Source: a virus (Duplodnaviria; Caudoviricetes). Taken from it: 64,000 bases of DNA. Every line of letters begins with the position of its first letter. Position 1 is the first letter of the stretch. The notes under the pieces are model-generated. The model was not told the origin of the DNA and searched no databases. It saw only the letters and a program-made list of their open reading frames with translations. The stretch spans positions 697 to 64,696 of IMG/VR virus record IMGVR_UViG_3300037067_004487. One strand, given 5' to 3'. The position numbers and the translations under genes were made by a program. Below are positions 1 through 8,879 of the stretch, one piece after another.

Positions 1-720
1 CTGAGGCGTGGCGCGGATGTGTGCAGTAGCGGGCGGCGGCGCTGTAGTCGGTGTGGGTATGACTGGGCGAATGGGTTGCGGTGTTGATGGCGGTGACATC
101 CCCGCAGGGGGTTGAATGGGGGAGGGTGATTCAGGGTCGTTTGCCTCTTCCCAGTCAAACGCGCGGCCATGCTCTTTCTGGTGGCAATCGCGGCAGAGCG
201 TGACCAGGTTGCTCTGCTGATTGGTGCCGTGATGCGAGAGGTAGACGATGTGGTGGACATCCAGAACGACGCCATGTGCGCCACATTGCGTGCAGCGGTT
301 CTTGTCTCTCTGGCGGATGTTGCGAGCCACCTCGATCCAGTCGCTTGGGTAGTCCGCGAAGCCGTGTTGTCGCAGCATTCCGCGTCGATGTGCGCGCATG
401 ATTTTGAAGTCGCGCGTGCTGTTGCTGGTGTCCTTGAGCAAGCTGGTTATCCAGTCGTGCAGCCTGGCGTCTGCAGCCGCTCCGAGGTTTGCCAGATCGG
501 CTTGGGCGCGCTGGCGCTTCCACTGTTCAGGAGATTCGAGATCGGCTGTGGCCTTGCGCTCCATGCCGCGCATCAGGCGTTCTCGCCATCGCTGCTCGGC
601 TTCTCGGGCAGGCTCCGGGTTGTCGTTCAAGGTATTGACGCAGCGCGTGCAAATTTGAACGTGTTCGGTCTTGAAGCGTAGCGATTTGAAGGTGTGCTTG
701 CAGATGCGGCACTCAGGCAT
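1..720 (-). CDS. HNH endonuclease with N-terminal Zn finger and Pro-rich tail; 3' end runs off the window (absent from the ORF track)
   Basis: Hand translation from ATG 720 is open to base 1: MPECRICKH..CTRC..RDKNRCTQCG..LDVHHIVYLSHHGTNQQSNLVTLCRDCHQKEH. ATG overlaps the cI stop (ATGCCTGA). Confidence 0.85.
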   Translation of the reverse strand, partial: MPECRICKHTFKSLRFKTEHVQICTRCVNTLNDNPEPAREAEQRWRERLMRGMERKATADLESPEQWKRQRAQADLANLGAAADARLHDWITSLLKDTSNSTRDFKIMRAHRRGMLRQHGFADYPSDWIEVARNIRQRDKNRCTQCGAHGVVLDVHHIVYLSHHGTNQQSNLVTLCRDCHQKEHGRAFDWEEANDPESPSPIQPPAGMSPPSTPQPIRPVIPTPTTAPPPATAHIRATPQ

Positions 721-1411
721 GTCCCGGCTTCTTGAGAGCGCTTCGCCGACCGCGCCCGGTGGCGAGCTGGATTGATTCAACTTCGCTCATGGGTATCGTG
801 AGCGGCGCATACCCGTTGTTGATCGAAAGAAGCTGCACTTCACCATCGCGCCGCCAGTTCAACTGCTTGAGCATCTTCCGCCCGTTCGTGCACAACACCA
901 CCACGTCATCACCAGGCTGCGGCTCGATGTTGGGCTCCACGATCACAAATTCACCCGCTCGATAGCGCGGGTGCATCGAGTCGCCGCGCACGCGCAGCGC
1001 ATAAGCGTTCGGGTCTGACGTTGGGTATTCCACGACGCCCTCTCCGTGGCCTACCGGGTATTGCAGTTCTTCAAGGTAGCCGTCCGCACCGCCTTTGACT
1101 TCTCCCACCAATGGTAAGAGCGCCTGCCTCTTGATGGCAATTACGTCTCCAACGTCGGACTCATCCGTGTCTATTGGTTCTGAGACGGCCATTCTTTGGG
1201 CAAGGTCGGCCCACCCCGGATAACGCGCGCTCAATCTCTTTTGTAGCTGCGGGCCGACACCTCGTGGCTCGCCGGATGGCAGTTTCACGCCGCTGATGAT
1301 CTGCCATATCGACTGATCGTTCGCACCTATTTCGTCGGCCACTCTCACATAACCACCCTCTCGATCACAGAGGATTTTCAGGGATGCGATGAGGTTCTCT
1401 TTCGGAGTCAT
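713..1411 (-). CDS. cI: CI-like repressor (HTH + S24 autopeptidase)
   Basis: N-terminal HTH; YALRVRGDSM (Ser) and MLKQL (Lys) S24 motifs; divergent from cro; likely start ATG 1411 (MTPKENL). Confidence 0.92.
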   Translation of the reverse strand: MTPKENLIASLKILCDREGGYVRVADEIGANDQSIWQIISGVKLPSGEPRGVGPQLQKRLSARYPGWADLAQRMAVSEPIDTDESDVGDVIAIKRQALLPLVGEVKGGADGYLEELQYPVGHGEGVVEYPTSDPNAYALRVRGDSMHPRYRAGEFVIVEPNIEPQPGDDVVVLCTNGRKMLKQLNWRRDGEVQLLSINNGYAPLTIPMSEVESIQLATGRGRRSALKKPGHA

Positions 1412-1420
1412 GGCCTGATT

Positions 1421-1484
1421 CAAGCAAAACGCTAGGAAAAGCCAAGTGCGTTTCGCTTGACGCCATCTAGCGAAACGATAGAAT
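1421..1484. promoter_or_regulatory. OR operator triplet with PR (and probable PRM)
   Basis: Three 15-bp sites related to CWAG-CGAAACG-CTWG at 1421-1435, 1445-1459 and 1467-1481; TTGACG(1457)-N16-TAGAAT(1479) upstream of cro. Confidence 0.8.
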
Positions 1485-1491
1485 GCAAGCC

Positions 1492-1743
1492 ATGATGAAG
1501 ATGGCTGCACATGAACGCGCGTCGCTCGCGCAAACGCTCGGCGTCTCCGATCAGTACCTCTACCAGTGCTTGACTGGCCGACGGCTCATGCGCCCGGAGG
1601 ACGCGGTTCGGATCGAAAAGGCCAGCGGTGGTCGCGTCCGGCGTTGGGACGTGAGACACGAAGACTGGCACCGAATCTGGCCAGAGCTGGTCGGTCGCAA
1701 GGGAGCGCCGACTGTTCCAGCAGAGGAGGCCGCCAGTGCCTGA
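1492..1743 (+). CDS. cro: Cro/YdaS-like repressor
   Basis: LAQTLGVSDQYLYQC HTH and IEKASGGRVRRWDVRHEDWHRIWPEL, typical of YdaS/Cro; divergent from cI. Confidence 0.85.
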   Translation: MMKMAAHERASLAQTLGVSDQYLYQCLTGRRLMRPEDAVRIEKASGGRVRRWDVRHEDWHRIWPELVGRKGAPTVPAEEAASA

Positions 1744-1849
1744 GCGCTCTATCAGCGTCAGGGCTGGCTTGAAGCCGCAAGCGCTACCCGAAGCCGACGT
1801 TGACGTGCGACCACCCCTGCAAGCAACAACCACCCAAGGAGATACCCCA

Positions 1850-2041
1850 ATGAACGGTTTGTCTGATGAATATGTGCTGCGCGCAGCAGTGGACGCAGCC
1901 AGTCGCCTCGCCTCTGATTTCTCCGCCAACCTAACGCCGGAGCAGGCCGCCGAAGCCGTTGTTCGCGCGTATCTGCAGGCGCGCGAGCTGCTTATCGCAG
2001 CCGACCAACCTGGCTCTCCAGATTGCGGAGTTGGGTCTTGA
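1850..2041 (+). CDS. Small hypothetical protein
   Basis: AAGGAG SD before ATG 1850; helical 63-aa product. Confidence 0.55.
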   Translation: MNGLSDEYVLRAAVDAASRLASDFSANLTPEQAAEAVVRAYLQARELLIAADQPGSPDCGVGS

Positions 2042-2123
2042 TGTCTCTGAACTCCGTCTCCAACGAGTGCGCGGCTTTCTTGGCGACGCCATCCGCTGCT
2101 CAATGTGCTGTGCTGAAGCTCAT
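1992..2123 (-). pseudogene. Small antisense coiled-coil ORF with in-frame TGA at codon 8
   Basis: GGAGG SD; MSFSTAH*AADGVAKKAAHSLETEFRDIKTQLRNLESQVGRLR. Confidence 0.35.
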
Positions 2124-2203
2124 GTTCACCCCTCCGGGTAATGGTTGTTTCGACGCTTCCATTGTCGTCCCGGAGAGGGTGGGCGCCCAAATGGAGCTGG
2201 CGT

Positions 2204-2416
2204 ATGCCTGAAAAGCTGACCGCCGCTCTCACGATCAAGCTGACGGATCGCCAGCTTCTTTCTCTGCAACGCCGCGCCGAGCAAAAGGGCGTGGTCCCAA
2301 GTGAGTACATGCGCAGCCTCCTTTTGGGTGATCTGCAAGCAGCCTTTCGGGAATACGAGGCGCTTGGGGCCATCTTCGAGGACGGCGCGCTGTCTGATAA
2401 GGATTTCCTCGAATGA
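2204..2416 (+). CDS. CII-position small regulator (ribbon-helix-helix-like)
   Basis: LTIKLTDRQLLSLQRRAEQKGVVPSEYMRSLL strand-helix-helix pattern; GGAG SD. Confidence 0.6.
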   Translation: MPEKLTAALTIKLTDRQLLSLQRRAEQKGVVPSEYMRSLLLGDLQAAFREYEALGAIFEDGALSDKDFLE

Positions 2417-2829
2417 CAAAGGCCGACAAGGTTTATTGCGGCTACCCAGGTGGGCGCCCCGCGTGGCCCTTCGGCACGTACATGAGTCGCATCGCGGTCA
2501 ATGGTGCGCAGCCAGAAGTGACCCCACCCAGGTATGACAAAGCCAGGGCCAGGAACCGGCGTGCGGCGGTGCTCAAAGCTCTTGATGGCGGCGCCATGTT
2601 GATTCCTGAAATCTGCAGCGCCACCAAAGACAACGACGGTTACGTGAGGAAGGTGCTGAATGAATTTCTCGCAGCAGGCCTGGTGACAAAGGCGCGTTGG
2701 CGCGGCGGGAAATCCAACACATTGAGCTTCAAGCTGACGGCGAAGGGCCACAAGCAAACCGGCGAAGTCTGCGCGCCGTCTATCGCAGACAAAAGAAAGC
2801 CCGCTGGCAGGCGGGCAATCGAGGGATAA
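2413..2829 (+). CDS. Winged-helix DNA-binding protein
   Basis: ATGA overlap with upstream gene; VLKALDGGAMLIPEICSAT..VRKVLNEFLAAGLVTK wHTH pattern. Confidence 0.6.
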   Translation: MTKADKVYCGYPGGRPAWPFGTYMSRIAVNGAQPEVTPPRYDKARARNRRAAVLKALDGGAMLIPEICSATKDNDGYVRKVLNEFLAAGLVTKARWRGGKSNTLSFKLTAKGHKQTGEVCAPSIADKRKPAGRRAIEG

Positions 2830-2833
2830 AACA

Positions 2834-3814
2834 GTGCTCACAAGTCTATTTGAAAAAGCCAAGAACGTCAACGCAGATCAGCGCGGCGACACGATCTCGT
2901 ACATCCTGCGTGCCATGGTGGCGCGCAGCAAAGACGGGGTGATCAACATCGCTCCGGGCATTGCGAAGCGCATCTTGGATGAGCTGAACTTCCCCGGCCA
3001 GCGAAAGGTGAGCGAGTCCCGTGTGTATGGACATCGCTACGCCATCATCAAAGGCGACTGGCTGGAGGGCCACGCCATCACGTTTGCCGAGCTGCCCGAT
3101 GGCAGGGTGCTGCTTGTGGATGGGCAGCATCGCCTGACCGCCATATCTCAATCTGAAGCATCAGTCCCCGTGACGGTGCGCATCGTGCCGGTTGAAAACA
3201 TCAAGGAAGCGCAGCAGTTCTACACCGGCTTTGATCAGAAAAACTCAGTTCGCACGGACAAGCAGATTCTGGACGCGGTTGAGGCGTCGCGCGAGACCGG
3301 CCTGACCACTCGCATGACTATTGCGTTGTATGCCGCGACCCCTTTGTTGCTGAACGACCTTGAGCCGGTCTCAGGGTATGGCATGAAAAACAAGAATCTG
3401 TCTTTGTTCATGCAGCACAACAGACTGGCAGCGCTGCACGAATGGGCCAAGGAAGCGCGCGCTTACAGCGTGTTGATCAAGCCCGCCACAAAAGAACTGG
3501 CTTCTGGACTTCGACTCCCCGGAGTCATGGCTGTGGGGTTGTACACCTTGCGTCACCAGCCAGCCAAGGCACAAGAATTTTGGACAGGAATGGCGAACCA
3601 GGATGGCTTGCGCAAGAACGACCCGAGGGCCACTCTCTATCGGGACATTCTCACGCGCTCGCTCAATATGGGAAGCATCCGCCAGCGCGTGCAGATGCCA
3701 GCGCTGGCATGGAACGCATGGTGCGAAGGGCGCGACCTCAAGATCATCAAGTGCATCGAGGGCGCATCGCTGGCGCTGTGGGGAACGCCGTTGGCGAAAG
3801 GGCGCGCGGCATGA
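2834..3814 (+). CDS. ParB/Srx-fold (DGQHR-type) protein
   Basis: LLVDGQHRLTAI motif. Confidence 0.7.
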   Translation: MLTSLFEKAKNVNADQRGDTISYILRAMVARSKDGVINIAPGIAKRILDELNFPGQRKVSESRVYGHRYAIIKGDWLEGHAITFAELPDGRVLLVDGQHRLTAISQSEASVPVTVRIVPVENIKEAQQFYTGFDQKNSVRTDKQILDAVEASRETGLTTRMTIALYAATPLLLNDLEPVSGYGMKNKNLSLFMQHNRLAALHEWAKEARAYSVLIKPATKELASGLRLPGVMAVGLYTLRHQPAKAQEFWTGMANQDGLRKNDPRATLYRDILTRSLNMGSIRQRVQMPALAWNAWCEGRDLKIIKCIEGASLALWGTPLAKGRAA

Positions 3815-4707
3815 AGATCCAAAAGGTAGAACTGAAGCGGCTGACATCGAGCGCCCAGCCGCGCCCGCTGATCACGGACGCTGTTGATCGTCTGGCGAGC
3901 AGCATTCGAGAGGTGGGTCTGATCCAGCCGATCACGGTACAGCCGTGCTCCATGATGATCGGCGGGCTTTCTGATCACGGCTTTCAGATCGTCGCTGGTC
4001 ATCATCGCGTTGCCGCATGCCGCGCGCTGGGCTGGGAAGAAATCGATGCGCTGGTGGTGGAGCCTGAAGAGCATCTTCAAGCCGAGCTGATGGAGATCGA
4101 TGAGAACCTGTGCCGGGCTGAGTTGACGGCGACGCAGCGTACCGCCCACATCAAGCGGCGCAAGCAGATTTGGGAGGCGCTGCATCCGGTAGAAATTCAG
4201 GTGGGACAACTTGTCCCACCTGAAATCGGCTACGGGAAACCGCCGCCGCAATCCAAGGCTTTCGCCGCCGACACCGCCAAGGTTACTGGCGAATCCAAGC
4301 GCGACGTGAACCGTCACCTCGCCCGCGCCGAAGCTCTTGGCGACGACCTGGGGCGCATCGTCGGCACCAGCCTGGACAAGGGCGTGGAGCTGGATGCGCT
4401 GGCCAAGCTGCCCGAGCCAGAGCGCAAGGAGCTGATCGACCGCGCCGAGGCCGGGGAAAAGGTCAGTGCGCGACAGCAGCAAGCCGATCCGCCAAAGAAG
4501 GAAAACGCGGCACTGTTATTCGCCGAAGCCATTGGTGCGGCCCTGGACTCATTCAGAGCTTCGCTTCGATGCTACAGCGACGAAGCGGCCGCTGCCGCAG
4601 TTTCAAGGGGTGTTGGAGCTGCCGATGAAAACGATCTGGAGAGGTACTTCCGGGTGATTCGACGCATTGATGATTTCCTTGCTGCGGCCGAGTCTGAGGT
4701 TGAGTAG
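3811..4707 (+). CDS. ParB N-terminal domain protein
   Basis: LASSIREVGLIQPITV, IVAGHHRVAACRALGWEEIDA, EIDENLCRAEL. Confidence 0.85.
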   Translation: MKIQKVELKRLTSSAQPRPLITDAVDRLASSIREVGLIQPITVQPCSMMIGGLSDHGFQIVAGHHRVAACRALGWEEIDALVVEPEEHLQAELMEIDENLCRAELTATQRTAHIKRRKQIWEALHPVEIQVGQLVPPEIGYGKPPPQSKAFAADTAKVTGESKRDVNRHLARAEALGDDLGRIVGTSLDKGVELDALAKLPEPERKELIDRAEAGEKVSARQQQADPPKKENAALLFAEAIGAALDSFRASLRCYSDEAAAAAVSRGVGAADENDLERYFRVIRRIDDFLAAAESEVE

Positions 4708-4709
4708 GC

Positions 4710-5687
4710 ATGGCCCGCTCCCGCAACATAAAGCCCGATTACGGGGCGAAAAAAGACGCACCAGACTTCGTGGTTGTGCCCATGGATGTGGTTCTTGATC
4801 GGCGGCTCACGTTGCGTCAAATGCGTGTGTTGATGGCCTTGTTTTCGTTCAGGAGCAAGACCACAAACACCGTCTGGCCGTCCCGCGAGGCCATCGCCAA
4901 ACGCACACACCTTGACATCGCCACCATCAGCAGCGCTACCACGGATTTGGTGCGTCTCGGATGGCTGATGAAGGCGGGCACTGGCGGGCATAGCAAGGCC
5001 ACCAGGTACACGCTTTGCGTGCCTGAAATCGAGCATGAAACCGTTACGGAATGCGCGACGGTATCCAAGCCAACAACCGTTGCGGAATGCGCAACTGTTG
5101 AAGCGTCCGAAATAGTTGCGGAAAGCACAACCGTTGCGGAATGCGCAACCGTTGCGGAATACGCAACACCACCCCTTGCGCATTACGCAACACCACCCCT
5201 TGCGCATTACGCAAGGGGCAAAGAACAAACCATTGAACATACCAATGAACAAACCATATCCCGCCCGGCTAAAAAGCCGGTCGCAGCGAAGCCGGTAAAA
5301 AAGACTGCAGACGAACACGAAACCGAACTGCAAGCCGCGTGCAAAAAAACGTGGGGCGAGTACAGCGCAGCTTTTGAGCGCCGCTACGGCACCAGGCCGG
5401 TGCGCAACGCGTCGGTGAATGCGAAGGTGCGGCAGTTCGTGCAGCGCATTGGCTACGACGAATCACCTGCCGTTGCCGGGTTCTACGTTGACCGCGTGAC
5501 CGATCCCTTCGTGCTGCGCAAGGTGCACGACGTGGGCCTGCTGCTGTCGGGTGCTGAGGGCTACCGCACGCAGTGGGCATCGGGCCGCACCACCGCCGAG
5601 CCGAATCGCCAGGAAGCGCTGGAAACCCGCAATCGCAACATCGCCGCCGATTGGGCGGCGCAAGGAGAAACCCATGCAGCCGTCTGA
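4710..5687 (+). CDS. Replication initiator (O-like, HTH_36) with internal iterons
   Basis: VWPSREAIAKRTHL..LVRLGWL HTH; repeated TVAECAT / PLAHYA segments encoded by iterons. Confidence 0.85.
   Translation: MARSRNIKPDYGAKKDAPDFVVVPMDVVLDRRLTLRQMRVLMALFSFRSKTTNTVWPSREAIAKRTHLDIATISSATTDLVRLGWLMKAGTGGHSKATRYTLCVPEIEHETVTECATVSKPTTVAECATVEASEIVAESTTVAECATVAEYATPPLAHYATPPLAHYARGKEQTIEHTNEQTISRPAKKPVAAKPVKKTADEHETELQAACKKTWGEYSAAFERRYGTRPVRNASVNAKVRQFVQRIGYDESPAVAGFYVDRVTDPFVLRKVHDVGLLLSGAEGYRTQWASGRTTAEPNRQEALETRNRNIAADWAAQGETHAAV
5039..5213. repeat. Replication-origin iterons
   Basis: About 7 palindromic copies of TTGCG-GAAT/CATT-(G/A)CGCAA, some tandem (ACCGTTGCGGAATGCGCA; CCACCCCTTGCGCATTACGCAA x2). 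Confidence 0.8.
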
Positions 5688-6336
5688 CCGCGCGGACTTC
5701 GCGCAGCTCATCACCGACGTGCTGGCGTACTACCGCCAGGACGCCAGCCGCTTCGTCCTTGACCTGTGGTGGAACGCCTGTCAGGGCGTGGACATGCAGC
5801 AGGTGCAGGCCGCGCTGCAAAAGCATTGCACCGATCCCGAGCGCGGGCAATTCGCGCCGAAGGTGGCTGACATCGCGGCATCGCTTTTCGGCACGGCGAC
5901 AGACCGAGCAGCGCTTGCATGGGGAAAAACAATCGACGCCGCCAGCCGCGTTGGTGCTTACACCGACGTGGTTTTTGACGATGCCGCCATTCATGCGGTG
6001 ATCGAAGACCTGGGTGGCTGGCCGAAGTTCTGCCGCTCTGAAACGGCGGATTTGAGCTATCTGCAGCATCGCTTCACGGAGTCCTACCGTGCTTACGTGG
6101 GACGCGGCGAGTTCGCCTATCCGCGCTGCCTGATGGGCGACCGCAGCCCTGACGTCATGTATGAAAAACGCGGTCTTCCGCCGCCGAAACCGGCGCTTGT
6201 GGGCGACGTGCAGAAAGCGCGCGCGGTGCATCGGCTGGGAACAGTGGGCGGGAAGACCGCGATTGCGTTCACGCCGTTGTCGGCTATCGAGAGCGGCAAT
6301 CAGCCGCTTCCGATGCTTCCGAAAGAGGTGGCGTGA
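5674..6336 (+). CDS. Replication-associated protein (P position, DUF6475-like)
   Basis: Overlaps the initiator 3' end; VVFDDAAIHAVIEDLGGWPKFC..FTESY. Confidence 0.6.
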   Translation: MQPSDRADFAQLITDVLAYYRQDASRFVLDLWWNACQGVDMQQVQAALQKHCTDPERGQFAPKVADIAASLFGTATDRAALAWGKTIDAASRVGAYTDVVFDDAAIHAVIEDLGGWPKFCRSETADLSYLQHRFTESYRAYVGRGEFAYPRCLMGDRSPDVMYEKRGLPPPKPALVGDVQKARAVHRLGTVGGKTAIAFTPLSAIESGNQPLPMLPKEVA

Positions 6337-6542
6337 TGGCGTTCGAGGAAAAAACACCCTTCGGCGCCTATCGGCAGTGTCGCCGTTGCCATGTGCACAT
6401 GCCCGCCACGGCTCAATTCTTCGAGCGCTCGCGCACTTGTTTGCTGGGGCTCACGAGCACATGCCGGGACTGTCGCAACAAGATGAATCGCGCGGCCTAC
6501 CGAGATCGTCTGTCGAGCCTGTCGAGGGCCGTAAATGCATGA
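6333..6542 (+). CDS. Small Zn-finger protein
   Basis: CRRC..CRDC motifs; coupled to neighbours. Confidence 0.55.
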   Translation: MMAFEEKTPFGAYRQCRRCHVHMPATAQFFERSRTCLLGLTSTCRDCRNKMNRAAYRDRLSSLSRAVNA

Positions 6543-6730
6543 CCCAATTCGAGCAACAAGCCCAGCACCTTACAACGCTGGCCACAACCCCGGGCTGGTG
6601 GGAATACACCCGCCAGAGAGTGCGCGAGCTGGACAAGGAGCCGGGTTTCGAGGGCATCCATGCCGAGGTGACGAAGCGCATCAAGGCGAGCGGGTACAAG
6701 CCGGACATGCGACGGGAGAGGGTGCTGTGA
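6539..6730 (+). CDS. Hypothetical protein
   Basis: ATGA-type coupling; TTPGWWEYTRQRVRELDK. Confidence 0.55.
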   Translation: MTQFEQQAQHLTTLATTPGWWEYTRQRVRELDKEPGFEGIHAEVTKRIKASGYKPDMRRERVL

Positions 6731-6933
6731 CGGCGGTATTCCTGCCTGATGGCCCTGCGGCCCGCCTGTGCGCAGAAATCGCACAGCGCCAGGCCATGGA
6801 GCCGCGCACGTACTCAATCAACGGCACGAAACGTCAACGTATGCAGCGCTCGAAAGAGTTAGCGATGGATCTGGCGGTGCACTGGCAGCGGGAGATTGAA
6901 GCGCTGGATGCGAAGGAGGCGAGCCGTGGTTGA
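6727..6933 (+). CDS. Hypothetical protein
   Basis: GTGA overlap with upstream stop. Confidence 0.45.
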   Translation: MTAVFLPDGPAARLCAEIAQRQAMEPRTYSINGTKRQRMQRSKELAMDLAVHWQREIEALDAKEASRG

Positions 6934-7384
6934 ACGCCTGACGCTTTCCCTCCATGAGCCGGTGCAGGCCCGCAAAGCCGTCGATTACCTCTACATCACG
7001 GCCAAGCCCTTGCTGATGGCTGGACATCGTCTCGTGGCGAAGCTGGAACCAGAGACGCGTCGGGACAACCACAACCGTCACTTTCACAGCCTGATCGCGC
7101 AGATCAGCGAGCAGATCGGCGGTGACTTGGCGGACAAGGAAGACGCGAAGCGCATCCTGATCTCCGCTTTCCGCATCGACACCCGAGACGATCCCGACCT
7201 GGCCGGTGAGTGGGCGAAGTTCGGCGACATGCGCATGGGCCGTGGGTTGCGCGGGGAAGTGGTGCTCATGGGGATGCAGTCGCGCGACTTCACGATCAAG
7301 CTGGCGCGCGCGTTCATCCATTGGCTTTACGCCTTCGGCGCGGAGCATGACGTGACGTTCAAGCCGTGGGAGGTAGACGAATGA
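6926..7384 (+). CDS. ninB: NinB-family recombination protein
   Basis: RRDNHNRHFHSLIAQISEQ..QSRDFTIKLARAFIHWLYAFGAEHDV; GGAGG SD. Confidence 0.8.
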   Translation: MVERLTLSLHEPVQARKAVDYLYITAKPLLMAGHRLVAKLEPETRRDNHNRHFHSLIAQISEQIGGDLADKEDAKRILISAFRIDTRDDPDLAGEWAKFGDMRMGRGLRGEVVLMGMQSRDFTIKLARAFIHWLYAFGAEHDVTFKPWEVDE

Positions 7385-7644
7385 ACAACCGCCTGACCAC
7401 TAAGGAGCGCGCTTACCTCGCGCGGGTCAAGGCGTTGCCGTGCTCGGTTTGCGACGCGCCCGCGCCTTCGGAAGCCCATCACGCCAAGCAAGGCCTTCAG
7501 TACACCTGCATTGCTCTTTGTCCTGACTGCCATCGAGGCCCGTTAATGGGCTGGCATGGCCTGCGCCGCGCTTGGGCCATTCGCAAGATGGACGAACTCG
7601 CTGCTTTGAATGTCACCATCGAAAGGCTTGTCGATGCGCATTGA
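7381..7644 (+). CDS. Ref-like HNH/Zn-finger protein (paralog 1)
   Basis: LARVKALPCSVC..SEAHH..IALCPDCHRG..GWHG. Confidence 0.65.
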   Translation: MNNRLTTKERAYLARVKALPCSVCDAPAPSEAHHAKQGLQYTCIALCPDCHRGPLMGWHGLRRAWAIRKMDELAALNVTIERLVDAH

Positions 7645-7999
7645 ACTCCCGTGGCCCGATCCGAAGCTGATGCCCAACCGCAAAAGCGGCAGGCATTGGG
7701 CTATCACGCAGGCGGTGAAGGTTCGCAGACGCGACATGGCATGGGCGCTCACGCGTGAGGCGATGCAGCGCGAGGCGTTCGCGCCGATGGATGGACAGTT
7801 GCTGCCGATCAAGCTGACTTTTTTCCCGCCGAGCTACGTGAGGCGTGATCTTGACGGGTTACTCGGGGCGCTCAAACCGGACGTTGATGGAATGGCGCGC
7901 GCGCTTGGGGTTGACGATCAATTTTTTGAGCCGATCACGCTCGCCAGAGGCAGCAAAGTCAAGGGCGGGGCAGTGGTGGTGGAGGTGGGCAATGCGTAG
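7634..7999 (+). CDS. rusA: RusA-like Holliday junction resolvase
   Basis: LPWPDPKLMPN..FFPPSYVRRDLDGLLGALKPDVDGMARALGVDDQFF. Confidence 0.75.
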   Translation: MRIELPWPDPKLMPNRKSGRHWAITQAVKVRRRDMAWALTREAMQREAFAPMDGQLLPIKLTFFPPSYVRRDLDGLLGALKPDVDGMARALGVDDQFFEPITLARGSKVKGGAVVVEVGNA

Positions 8000-8282
8000 C
8001 AAAAACAAGCCCGCGCAGACCGCGCTCGAAAAGCGATGGGTTTCCCTGCTGGCGCAACAGCCTTGTGTGGTGTGCGGGGCGTATGGAGTGGAAATTCATG
8101 AGTTCGAGCAGGGCGCATGGTTCTCCAGCACCCCACTGTGCCCGGCGTGTCATCGCGGCCCGGATGGATGGCACGGCACGCGCCAGCGATGGACGCTACG
8201 ACGGGTGGACATGGTGCGGGCGATCAACCTGGCCGTGCAACGCAATTTTGAAGCCATCAAGGGAAAGGGAGCCGCTGCATGA
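7992..8282 (+). CDS. Ref-like HNH/Zn-finger protein (paralog 2)
   Basis: LLAQQPCVVC..VEIHE..TPLCPACHRGPDGWHG. Confidence 0.6.
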   Translation: MRSKNKPAQTALEKRWVSLLAQQPCVVCGAYGVEIHEFEQGAWFSSTPLCPACHRGPDGWHGTRQRWTLRRVDMVRAINLAVQRNFEAIKGKGAAA

Positions 8283-8782
8283 CCCCTGAAAAAGAGCTGA
8301 CGAGCACGGAGCGCGTGCTGAATGCTGTCCGTGATCTTCGGGCGCTGGATCAGATTGCGACGCGCGAGACCGTGGCCGAGCTGACCGGCCTGAAGTTGTC
8401 CGTCGTGGATGACCGGCTGCGCACGCTCACGGACGACGGCCAGCTCAAGCGCCTCATGCGCGGGGTTTATGAGGTGGTGCACACCTACGATCCGCCGAGG
8501 GTCATGAGTAGGACGATCCTGGAAGACGGCTCAGTCAAATATGACATCGGAGACACGGTGCTGACGTTGACGCCATCGGAGGACAGGCGCCTTGCCGAGC
8601 TGGGCGCCGGAGCCCTTCAGACCGCAACGACGATCCACAGCACGAAGGAACACCTGTTCCTGGCTACGCAGCTTGCCGCGCGCGTGGAAAAGATGCAGCG
8701 GCTGCTGGATGCGATCAAGCATCAAATGGACGAGCGCCAGAGGCCGCTATTTGATGAGGCTGTGCAGGAGGCGCGAAGGTAA
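8279..8782 (+). CDS. Winged-HTH protein at the Q position; candidate late activator
   Basis: ATRETVAELTGLKLSVVDDRLRTLTDDGQLKRLMRGVY wHTH; last early-right gene before the packaging genes. Confidence 0.55.
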   Translation: MTPEKELTSTERVLNAVRDLRALDQIATRETVAELTGLKLSVVDDRLRTLTDDGQLKRLMRGVYEVVHTYDPPRVMSRTILEDGSVKYDIGDTVLTLTPSEDRRLAELGAGALQTATTIHSTKEHLFLATQLAARVEKMQRLLDAIKHQMDERQRPLFDEAVQEARR

Positions 8783-8822
8783 AAAATACGCGGTGTTGTA
8801 CTTTACGTACCCAACACCTAAA

Positions 8823-8851
8823 CAAAAACCGGCCAATGAGCCGGTTTTTTT
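8823..8851. terminator. Bidirectional intrinsic terminator
   Basis: AAAAACCGGC-CAATGA-GCCGGTTTTTTT. Confidence 0.75.
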
Positions 8852-8879
8852 GGATGTGTAGCAGCCTCGACGGCAATCT

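Noticed and set aside
169-681. Plus-strand 170-aa ORF in the track
   Set aside because: Antisense shadow of the HNH gene, which has clear motifs and coupling to cI.
5039-5213. CRISPR-like or REP repeat array
   Set aside because: No unique spacers; in-frame palindromic iterons inside the replication initiator.
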